64,000 nucleotides of DNA, from NCBI RefSeq assembly GCF_030684315.1, contig NC_081386.1, positions 17,803,914 to 17,867,913 of the forward strand, written 5' to 3'. Of this stretch, positions 26,801 through 39,220 are shown in pieces (within the stretch, counting starts at the first letter, position 1; each line of letters starts with the position of its first letter). The notes beneath the pieces were generated by a model. That model did not search any database, was not told where the DNA came from, and worked only from the letters and a program-made list of their open reading frames with translations. The stretch comes from Stegostoma tigrinum (lineage: Eukaryota). A program made the translations under genes and the position numbers.

Positions 26801-29800
26801 TGTACATCTGTCTGTTGGTACAAGCATGGGGGTTTATCAGAAAAAGTGATTGGGCTTATATTGTAGATATTAATTAAATTGCATTGTTGTTTATGTTACA
26901 GTATTGTTACATTAAGAATAATAAATTGTTAATTTTTGTTTGAGGTATAAACTTGCTGTCCAAGATCTGTTATTTGTACAGCCTGGTTAAGAGCAATTGA
27001 GCAATGCAGAGGGTCACTGAATGTTTTAATTTCCTGTCATCATGAGGCTCATAGGGATAGCAAGTCAAACCAGTGTCGTAACACTACATCCTGTGAACTA
27101 GAGCTGATTTGAGATTGGCAGGTTTGTGCAAACATAGAACCACAACACAAGCTCTCTGTATAGCACAGGACTGGAGTACAAATCTGCAATATGTCAACCT
27201 GAATAAAATCAAAGGTGAGGTTACGTAAAAGTTTCTTCCCAATATATGGTGTAAATAGTAGGTATAATTCTGCAGTTCAACAGCCCAAGTAGGGGGTTGT
27301 GCTAAAGGAATGTACATTTGGAAACTAGAGACCACAATCTTGCAGACTCGGGCTTTCTTCAAGTGCTTCAGATACTTGGAGAAGTTGTTTAATTATACCG
27401 GGTCTTGATTCCAATCAATATTTTGAGAGAAACGTCTAACTGTGGAAGACCCAACACAAGAAAGTTCTGATCTAACCCAAACAACTGTGGAAGAAAATCC
27501 CAAAATATTCTGTTCCAGAACATATTGATGCCAAAAGCACATAGAAATAATAAGAACCGGAAAGCAAAATCCACTAGAGCAAATTGGAATTCAAGAACTG
27601 CAACGAAGGAGCAGCAGGGTGACTTAGTGGTTAGCACTGCTGCCTCACAGAGCCATGAACTCTGGTTTGATTCCACCTTCAGATGACTGTCTGTGTAGAG
27701 TTTGCATATTTTCTCCATGTCTGCATGGGTTTCCTGCAGGTGCTCCCGTTTTCTCCCACAGTTCAATGATGTGGGGGTTTGGTGGATGGCAATGCTAAAT
27801 TGCCTGTACTGTTCAGGGATGTGTAGGTTAGGTGGATTATGCAGGATCGGTCTGGGTGGGATGCTCCAAGAGTAGGTGTGGACTTGTTGGGCCAAAAGGC
27901 CTGTTTCCACACTACAGGGATTCTATGATCTATGAAAGAAAAAAAGAGCCAAGGCAAGATTCAAATACAATATGGCTCTTGTGATGTTAACTATTAGAAG
28001 TGTCTCCTGGGAATTCATATGCAGGATGTCAAACTTCATTGAAGATCAACAAAATGTCAACTTATAACATCATTTAATTACTAAAAGAAAACAAAATAAA
28101 GGGATATGCACTACAAAATTCTCAATTATTGGACTATATAGTATGAACATACCAAGAATTTGTTTTACTGTCAGTTGATTCACTTTCTTTAAGTCTTCTC
28201 ACGAGACAGTCGTTCTTATTTTGCAAAATATTTATGGTTCTTTGATGTTCCTCTGAAAAACAACAATAGAAATATTTGAAAATTCATTATTATTAGATAA
28301 TGTGATCAAGACTTTTTTGCTTTTGTGAACTGAAGCCTCTCTAAATTAATAAAGTGGAATGTTCACTATAGTTCAATTGCTTAAACAATTTGGCTTGCTT
28401 CAGAAAAATCACATTTTTCAGCATTTGCTTGCATATAACCGTGTATCAAATTGCTGAACAGAATTCACATTTCAGACACTTAAATACAGTGGTTTGATCA
28501 TTATTTAGCTAACAAAGGGTGCAACTGCTTAAGTAACAGAATCCCCTCATCCACACCTCAAAAACAGTATTTAACCTAGGTAGATGAAAGTTCATCAAAT
28601 TGTGAATATTCAAGATTACGCTCATCCTAAATTACACCCATTGTTAACCCCTCAATTTGCATAGAACAGTATTGTCAAATATTTTAGACTAGCCAATATT
28701 TTAGTTTATTTCAGTTCTAAAGTATAGGTGATTCTATTCCCCAAAATTTAGTGCAATAGACGTTGAACATTTATTAACATCAAAAAAATGAAACCTTCAT
28801 AACACATCAGAAACAACTTCCTAAACACGCCAGAAGTCACGAAAATGAGATTCCCAAACAAAAGCACGAGATTCCTTATTTCCATGTGGATCAGTACTTC
28901 TTACATCACGAGTAAACAGCTAATTTAATCAGATGACCTCTTCCTCACTTCACACTGGGAGCTAGTTCCCAGCCACACCTTTGCTTTCTTAAAAGACAAA
29001 TACTAACAAACCTGAAGGTTTCCCTAATCAATTTGGTACTTTAGGGCTCTTCAGGACTCAGTTCAGCAATTCCAGATCACAATCTCTGCTTTTTGGATAC
29101 TTTGTGAAGATACTCCTTTTCACATTTAGCTTTTCTTATTTTCTCAACAACATTTCTTTCGCCATGCATCAACCTTTTCATCTCTAATACATTTTATGCC
29201 ATCCCATTTCAGACCTTCTAATTGGGTTTTGCCTCCTGCACACCATTTTGTGCCTCCGTACTTACTTGACACCTGTTGCATTCTAACTTTTACCACTTCT
29301 GAAGGAAGGTAATCAACTGAGAGTTTGATTCCATTTCTCTCCCTACAGATGCGGCAAGATCTGTCGTGCATTCACAGAAATTTGGTTTTAGGTCTGTAAA
29401 CAGGGGTGCTGGATATTGATCATGAGAAGTATTCAGGATTTTATTTTTAAACTAATTGCCACTGACAGCTGAAAAAATGTTAAAATCAGAGCCAAGCAAA
29501 GCAGATTTTCATGCAGTACATGAAAAGTACACGTTTAAAGGCATTGTTAAATACAAAAATTGACATTGAAACAAAAACTTAGACCATCTCTGGTGTGCAG
29601 AGAACAAAACTGTACTGAATTTAATGCAAAATACCAACAGATTGAGGAATAGTAACTCCTGATAGACAATCAACAATTGTCCACTGGTTGAATAAAAAGA
29701 TTAAGGACGTTGTTCTCGACAAGGACAGGGAAACAAGCTGAAAGACAACTGCATCGCAATTTTAAAAAAAATTTACCTAACCTCCCCCCCCCGATCAGTA

Positions 29801-32800
29801 TCGGCCTAGTCTCACTTAAATTACTGTTCAATACTGACCTTTGAGATGCTGGACTTCAATACTATGCTCATGAACAGTTTGCTGAAGCTGCCTACATACT
29901 TTCTCCAGCTTTTTCTTGAGCTGTTGACATTCCTGTTGTAATTTCTGTGTTTGCTGTCTGCATTGTTCATCACATGGCTGGTATTCAGGACTTAAGGTTT
30001 CCTTTCCAGAAACTAGGTCTGTAAACAGATTTTCAAATTTACATTAGATAGAGCTTTCAGTGCTATAATATAATGAAAAGCATTTGCAGCACTTTTATCT
30101 CAGCAAAATCTTGCCAATCCTCTATATAAAAGGAAATATATGAAATCATACAAAGAAAAAAGGTAACAATAAATCTGATAGGTTACTATAATTTACCTTC
30201 TCTAAGTATCCCTTAAACAATAAGCTGAAGGAGTAACAGATCCATACCAGAAATAGTAGAATTTGTCCAATTCTCTTCAGACACAATATTATGGGGATTG
30301 TAAGAGTTACTATTTACAGCAAGCTACATGGAAAAATTGTTCCCTCATGTGAAGCAAAATCAAGCTTGCCTGGAGAGAAGCGGAACAGGTAATTATTTTT
30401 GCAGTTGCTGAATTGGTGGAAGAATTTTTAGATGGTGTAGGAAAATAAGTGATCATTCTGAATTTACGTACCTCTGCTCTGCCCAACCCAATTCCCTAAA
30501 GCAAACATAACCAATTAGCTGCAGGAGATTTAAAGAATATTTATTGGGGGTGGCAGGGGGAGTCAATTTTGGTTCACTCAGATGCACGACATCAATTTGA
30601 TTCTGATGAAATCTCAATCTACAATCTGAACTGTTTTGTTGCATCTGTCTTATCAAAGAGAAGAAGACAGAAATATAGAACAATCGAGCCAGGAATGACA
30701 GGACAAGTATTTAAGACAGTGCATACCAATGGTATAACCTCCACACTAAATAAACCAGGCAGCATCCATTTTCAAGTTTGTGTGGATGATGATAGGGGCT
30801 TTCACAACTTACATGATTTTCTTCTACAATTTTTGCTCATATGGATTAAAGGAAAGCAATTACATATTTTATTGAAATTGTAGGTTAAATGTAATTTCTA
30901 ATTTTGTAGAGATGAAAAATCTGTCAAAAGTAATTTTTTTAAAAAACGAAACAGTAAAAATTAATGGTTTTTCTTCTTTTTGGTTAATACAGTCACATGG
31001 TAGATTTAATGCATGGTAGCTCCGAAAAAAAAAATTCAAAATATCAAAAGGAGCAATTTATTAAGAATGATTATTTCAAGAAATAATTAAAAAACAATAA
31101 TTAGTAACTTAACTGGAAATGATTCAAAAATTATTCAAATCAAAATGCCTTTAGAAGGTGAATTTTTGATGGTCTAATCATGAGCAGATCAAATATTGGT
31201 GAACATCAGCTCATTTACCTAACTCTTGCCAAAGCACAGAAAACTCAACTTCTATTCTTTTGCTGATTATTCACCTGTAATTTGTAGTTGGAATTAACCT
31301 TATGCCAGCTTATAATGAAATCTCATTATCATCTATAATTTTCTGAATTGAATAGAACTAATAAAGCAAAGGAGAACATGCCACACAAAAATTTCCCTTA
31401 AAACGTTAATGATTTGAACCCATCACTGCTAACATTTACATCAGAATGATCAGAAATTTGAGGGCTTTACTTCTAACTGTGCACTATTGCATTAAATCAG
31501 TGATCATGTTTAATTTATTTTGTACAGTAACAAATACCATATTTAGCCTCACTTTGTTGTGCAAAGCTTCTCAGCTTATACTGTAAACGTTCAAATTCTT
31601 GTTTAAGTTGAAGTTCAGATGATTCAAGTTTTCTAAGCTCTGCTTCCTTTGCTGCTTTGTATTCCTCATGTTGTCTTTCACATTCACTTAATGCATTCTG
31701 TAAATCCAATTTGTCCTCCTGAAAGAAATTAGGCACACAGCATATCAAGAGATTCAAAATAATATCTCAAATGTAATTCATAATTATGAGCAACACAGTT
31801 CCTTCTCCGATATCAGAAACTGCTGTGTAGATGAATACAAGCAGAATGTTGAAGAAAGCATCCAAAATCCCCATTGTTTAAAAGTTACACTTTAAACAAA
31901 TATGACTGATTCCCAAGCATGATGCGTTTGCCATTACACTTCACAACTACATTGATGTGAAGACACCAGGGTTAGGTTCATGCAATGCTTAGAGGCCACT
32001 TTGTGGGAATGAGCTCCCGAGTCAGCTTCATACAGGTTACAACAATCTGGAAGGTAAATCTTAAAATAAATGTGAAAAAAAAAATTACTTTGTTGCCAGA
32101 ACCAATCCTCATTGAAGCACAAGCTTATGTTGGGCTGCATTTTCAAAGTGGGTATCCTTCATTAGTGAAGCTACACAGCTACGTGTAAGCTATCACAAGA
32201 GCTATTTGGCCCAAATTCATTTCCCAGCTCATGTACAAAACTGTCCTTGTATGCAAACACAGGATCCATGATTAAAAGTTTTAGCGAAGATCTGTATCTT
32301 GGGTTGTGGACTTGCTCGCGTATCTGGCTTTTTCATCACCATGCAAGGTGACATCAGTGGAGCCTCTGATGAAGCAATGTTATTCTCCTCCGCTTGGACT
32401 TTACACTATCTGGTCCGTTATGGTGAGTAGTGTCATTTCCGGTTTTGATTTGTACAGGTTTGTATATGGAGTCCAATTCTATGTGTTTTTTGACTATATC
32501 ACGAGTGGGAACCATGCCTCTAGGAATTACCATGTGTATCTATGTTTGACTTGGGCTACTATGGCTACCGTGTCCCAGTTAAACCAATGGCCTTCATTGT
32601 TCAAGTGTACAGATATTAAGGCGAATTCGTCATGCCGTTTTGCTGCTAGTTGATGTTCATTTTTTCTGATGGCTAGTTTCCTTCCCGTTTGTCCAATGTA
32701 TTGTTTGTGGTGGTCGTTGCATGGTATTACAACAAACATTACATCGGACAGACAGGAAGGAAAGTAGCAGCAAAGCAGCATGAAGAACTCTCCTTAATAT

Positions 32801-35800
32801 CGGTACACTTGGACAACGAAGGCCGTCACTTTAGCTAGGACAGGGTAACCATAAGTAGCCCAAATCAAACATAGACACACATGGGAATTCCTAGAGGCAT
32901 GGTTCTCCACCTGTAATATAAAATCAACAAACATATAGAACTGGACCCAATATACAAACCGGAAATGACATTACTCACCATAATGGACCAGACAAAAAAA
33001 TTCCAAGCAGAGGAGAATAACTTCATCAGAGGCTCCCCTGATGTCACCTAGCATGGTGATGAAGCGTCTGAATGAGAACAAAACAGTATAGCGACATTTT
33101 TTTTTTGGAATGTGCAAGCGAATCATTTACATCTGTAGCTCCTTTAAAATTTTCCTAGCAGTCGTGGACACAGTAACATGAAGGAGTTGACTCATGTATG
33201 AGCTGTACCTCAAGCTTCTAACTTATCTTGTACATAACAGAATAAAAAAAAGGTTAATTTTGGGGGCACTTCCTTGAACATTTCAATCGACTTTGCAAGA
33301 AGTAATTTAAAAAAAAGGTGGAATTTTCACAAAGTACATACACTAAAAAGGAAAATTTGATATAATTGAAAAACTAAGAATGGACTCTGAGCTAAATATG
33401 CACATACATTTCACAACAATGCCATCCACACAGGACACATCAATATATTTTTCTCAGGTATAAAGTGAAGATCCATCGTATGTGTTTATGTCAAAAAGCC
33501 ATTCCACCAGGCTATCCTAATACAGCTAGAACCTAAAAAGTGAACTGCCATTACCTCTTTCTGAGTTTCAAGGATCTCTTCAACCATTTCAGTGCAAACT
33601 CTCTGGAGATGGTCCTTTACTTCAACAAACTGGTCATGCGTTGATTTGGCAGTGTTAGAATATTCCTCTGCTCTGAGGCATGCAGGTTTAGACTTTCCAA
33701 AGTGTTTTGAGATATCACGCAAAAAACGTTCAATTTCAGCAACAAGTTCAGCTTCATATTGCTGTCTTTCAAAATTGATCTGCTCCTCTCTACGAGTTGA
33801 CCATTCTTTTTGCTTTTCTGAGAGCCGCAGATTGAATTCTGCCTCCTTTTGTGCAATCAATTCATTCTTCTGCCGGGTAAAGTCTTCTTTAGCTTCTTTA
33901 AGGACTTTACTGAGTTTATTTCGATGCTCTGCTAGGAAGGCTTGATAATCCTGTTCATTTAGTTCATGAATTCTATTAATCTCTACTTGTTTTGCTTTGT
34001 TCCATTGAGTTCGAGCTTTTGCTAATTCAGCTTTAACAACTGCTGCTGCCTCTTCTTTCTCAAGTTTTAATTTGCGCTCTAGAACAACGGTCCTTTCCTG
34101 CAGCTCTGAAGTTTTAACACTGGACTCCATTTTCTCAATTTCCTTCAAAGTATGTTTCTTCCATTTTTCATCATTTGCTTTCACTGCTGTAGCTACCTGT
34201 AGTTTAAAAAGTACTGATCAATTTACTAAATCTATTTAAAATACAATAAATATTTTCTTGGATCAAATTGATCTGATTAATACCAACAGCATTTTTCAAA
34301 TTGAAAGTTATCTCCCTCATCCAAATCACCTGTCTTCACATTTAAAAATATATCCCCAAGATCAAGCACACTTTGTAAAACACATTTTCTACTGAGAAGT
34401 TGCAAGGTGTTCTTTCATAGTCAAATTAGTGTACTAATTAAAGTTAACTCATGTCAGGAGTACAAATGCTGGCATGCTATGAACTCTACAGTACAATGCA
34501 AAAACACATAAAAGAATGAATGTTTCATTGTAGATTTGGCAGAGCAGTGTGCACCAATTATGCCAACCTAACAGTCAAGGAACTATTGCTAGTTATATCA
34601 GTCAATCATGAAGTACCATTAGTGGTTGCTTAATTTTCCGTGAATCAGCTTTAGAATAGTGGCTTTATTACAGATAATAACTAGTTACTAAGAGTCATAT
34701 TTTATACAAAATGGCTAACGCTACAACATTTACCTGTTCTGCCACATATTGTTCATATTTTGCCTCCCATTTCTTCTCTTCAATTTGTAAATTGGCTCTG
34801 TATTCAGGCAGGTTAGTCAATTCTTCTAGCCAACGACAACGTGCATTTGCTAATGCTGTTTCAACCTAAAAGACGAGGAGATGATACTTCACAACAAATT
34901 ACTGTCAGAATTAACCAAAAAAACCAAAATTAAAGCATGCATAAAGTGGATGCATATCTTAAATAAAGATACTAATTACTGTTCTTCGTAGCACAATTAC
35001 TCTTGCTTCCTTTAAGGACTTAACCTTTGTGGTGACGTTTTTCCAGTGGAAGAAGAATGCAAGTTGTAAGCGAAAGAGCAAGATCAAATTATATCCTAAT
35101 GGAAATCACCTTTTTATATCCACTAGCTGATTTTTGGTGATATATTAATCAGAGCTTGTGTGGCACAGTAATGAATGTGAAGTTATAATTAATTCACTTG
35201 CATCTTTAACAATATGGAGGCTGGTTAGTTCAGTTGGCAGGGCTGCAGGTTTGCAATGCAGAGTAATACAAACAGCGCGGGTTCATTTCTTGCGCCAGCA
35301 GAGGATACCAACCTCAACCTCTCCCCTCACGACCCTCAGGTTAAACTACTACCAGGCAACACTCACTCACTAAAAGAGCACCTTTATAGTCTGACAGAAC
35401 TGTGGTGATTTTTTCTTTTTAACAGTAGATAGGACTTGTGAATGACATGCATTTCAAGGGGTCAAAAGCAGTTGAAAACTCGAAAGAAAGCAAGGACATA
35501 GGCATTTTTTGAAAGTTAAGCTGGGGGTAATATTTGATCTGCACAATGATCCTAGAATACTGGGCGGTTTTGACAGAGCAGAGTGCATAGTCTAAAATGG
35601 CTTGGAATGATCCAGTTGGAGCCAATGATGCACGGTGATGCTGTATGCCAAACAAACAAACAAACAAACAAACACACAGTCTCACACCAACTCTTCAGAA
35701 AACTGGAACTGTTCGGAGGGCAAGAGAGAGCAAAAACGAGAGATAGAGTGCAAAAAAGAAATGTAGACAGAAATATTTCTTTGGACAAGAACATCAAAAA

Positions 35801-38800
35801 TTGGCGCACGTGGAGTGGTTGAGAAAATTGACAGCTGCAATAGTATTGTAATTAAATGCAAGGCCAAAATTAGGCAGTGGGGAATATTGAAAGAGCTTCA
35901 AGGGGAGAGGATTTTCTAAATGTAGATGCAAAATAAAATTTGGAAGGGCTGCAGGATATGGGTGGCAACGGATATGAGGAGGGAATTCACAGCTTTGGTT
36001 TGATTTGTTATTGCCACATATTCTGAGATACAGTGAAAAATATTGCATTCTGTGCTAACCAGACAAATCATACTTTACGTAAGTACTTCACAGTCAGAAT
36101 AGAATGCAGAATATAGCGTTACAGCTACAGAGAAGGTACAAGGAATGATCACTCTAATATGAGAGCTCCATTCATAAGTCTGATAGCAGGGAAGGGGCTG
36201 CTTTTAAATCTGTTGGTGTGTGTTTTCAAACTTTTTTTATCTTTTGCCCAATGGGAGAGGGAGGAGGGAGGAGAGAGGGAGGAGGAGGGGGGGGGGGGAG
36301 GAGGAGGGGGGGGGGGGAGGAGGAGGGGGGGGGGGAGGAGGAGGGGGGGGGGGAGGAGGAGGGGGGGGGGGGAGGAGGAGGGGGGGGGGAGGAGGAGGGG
36401 GGGGGGAGGAGGAGGAGGGGGGGGGGGGGGGGAGGAGGAAGGAGAGGGAGAGGGAGAGAATTAACAAGGTGAGAAGGGTCCTTGATTATGTTGACTGCTT
36501 TCCCGAGGCAGCGGGATGTGTAGATAGAATCAGTTTTCGTAATGAACTGGGCTGCATTCACAAGTCTAAAGTTCTTGCGGTTTTGGACAGGGCAGTTGCC
36601 ATATCAAACTGTGATGCACCCAGACAGGATGCTTTCTTTGGTGCATCTATAAAAATTGGTAAGAGTCATTGTGGACATGCCACATTTCCTTAGCCTCCTG
36701 GGGAAGTAAATGCCAAATATGCAAAATAGACATTGCAAGATTGAAGGATTTCAAATGGAGGGAATTCTTTAGAGACAAAAGAATGGCATGAAAATGTAAA
36801 TGGGAGCTCAGCAGATTAGGACCAGAAATTGAGGTTGAAAGCCCAAAAGGACATGAGGTTACTTCAAAAATAATTAATTTTATTAAACACTTCAGAATGT
36901 CTCAAATTATGAGGTATTATCCTTCAACCTGTAGTGCTTTGGGAAGCCAGTCATTGTTCTTAACATTCTGTCATGACATAATTGTTCATTATCTTACCAG
37001 TTCAACCACATTATCTTCATGCTTCTTCTGCAGTTCCAGTTCAAGTTGTTTTAAAGCCTCCCCAACTGCCATTACTTTTTCCTCCTTAGCTTGACACTCC
37101 AACGTTATTTTTAAATCTGCGAGCTGCGATTCTAATTCTTGGCAAGTATAAACTCTGGTACCAGTGGACTCTTCAGTTTGACAAATTTCATCCACCGGAG
37201 GTGAAGTTTTTTGTTTGGTTGCTTCCGCAGTCTCACGGAGACGAAGCTGCCATTCTGTTTCAACGTCATGCATTTCTTGGTCTTTGACCTAACAAAAAGT
37301 TGAAATTAAAACATCTTCAGTCAGATATCCTGTAATGGATAAGTAAGCAGTGCCTATTAGTCACTGAATTTTGAAATCAAAATCAATTCTGAGAAGCACT
37401 GTCTTCCCTCTCCAGAGGGAAAGATCACAATTTGAAAGCTGAAACAGGAGCAGAATGGTGCTCTTATTTTTCACCCAAAACGTTTCACTCAATTTATATC
37501 CCAAAAATAGAAGCTAATCATTACTGTAACATTGTTTGTGTAATCCTGCTGTGCACAAACGGCTTCTACATTTTCCTACGATATGATGGCTATACGTCAT
37601 ATTTCTTAATTGACCACAAATACTTTGGGACATCTCTGGAGCATGAATGACTTTACATAAAGCCAAGCTCTTTTCTTCTCACTTTAGGGCCTAAGCATTC
37701 CCAATCTCACATTTAATGGATAACTTGCATACTTCTTGTGATTCAGAACAAACACAGAATGGTAATTAAGAAGCACACTAGTGAACCTCTAATCATTAGT
37801 AAAACCAACACTGGCTAAGTCACAGAAGTAAAATCTACAATACTTGGAAATAACTTCCGGAAGCGAAAAGATAGAATAATTACTTTACAATAAACAAAAC
37901 TGCAAACACAGCAATATGACAATCAATCAGAATTTAAAAATCAACATAATACCACTAATGCAATAATCAGCACGTAGAAACACTTTCTATTTCCTTATGT
38001 TTATGAAGCTGAGAATAAATCCACAAGTTCTTCAATATGTTGTTGACTACAGCAAAGGATCCACACAACACTATTTTAAACTTTTATTGTTAGCAAGATA
38101 AAATGATCACTTTTTGTTGTTCCTCCTGCCACTGTATTTTGGCCAATGCAACATGCTTCTCAACTTGTTGCCCAATATCAGTTTCTTTTTCCAACATCCA
38201 TTTGTTTTTTGCAGCCACCATTAGAGTTTTGTGCTTTTCTTCCAGCTCAGCCTGAAGCTCACTCAAATGTTTCCTCATTTCTTCAGAAAATGCCTTTTTC
38301 ATCTGAAAAGTCAAAATTTACACTTTAAGTACTATATTCAGAATGCCATTATATTTGTAGTGAAGCGTAAATGTGTTTTCCTACAAGCATTTGTTTAATT
38401 GAAAATAGAAAAAGCCCTTAAAACATGTCTAAAAGCTCTGCTTTTGGCTGCTTGAAGGGCTAACTGTATGATGTGACTGCTGTGCCTCATGAATTCTAAA
38501 CTGTTTTGCAACACTAGCATCCAAAATACTGGAGGTATGTGGAATGAGAGTTGGCTTTGAATAATGGACACTGCATTTTAGAAGTTGAGATGAATCTGCT
38601 AATATTTCCTTGGGATCCCTGTAAATTTAAATTCATTAAGTTAATTAAAAAAAAAACAACATACTGCCATAATGCTCAAATGGGCTATTTCTTTATGTCA
38701 CGGTCAAAAATCACATGACACCAGGTTAAAGTCTAGGTTATATTTGAAGATACAAGCTCTTGAAGTCTTGCTCCTTCTTCAGGTGTTAATGAGAGAGGTG

Positions 38801-39187
38801 GCATCATACACAGAATTTCAAAGCAAAAGATGACACAGGGTCATAGAACAGATGCAAACGTGTTGAACAAACCTTTAGATGGCTGTTAAATCTTTAGTCA
38901 GTTAGAAAGAATTAATATGAAAATTCCAGAATTTCTTTCAAGTCATGGTCCAAAACTAAAGGCTTGAGTTCCTTCAGTATATCAGAGGTAACATTCCAGG
39001 TCAGACAATCTACTTTAGGTGTGAGGCCTTGTTTAGATTCTGGCTGTGTGTCAACTTGGAGTCAGACTGGTTTTATTTCCAAAGTAGGAACTTATAAAAT
39101 GCCACATTGTCTACAAATTGTGTGCTTTTTAAGCAAAATAGAATGCATCTGCAAATGTAAATTCACCCCATAGATTTGTGTGTGGGG

Positions 39188-39220
<33 letters not shown>

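Noticed and set aside
36159-36693. Gly-, Glu- and Pro-rich ORFs on both strands
   Set aside because: Artefacts of the stop-free G/A low-complexity tract.
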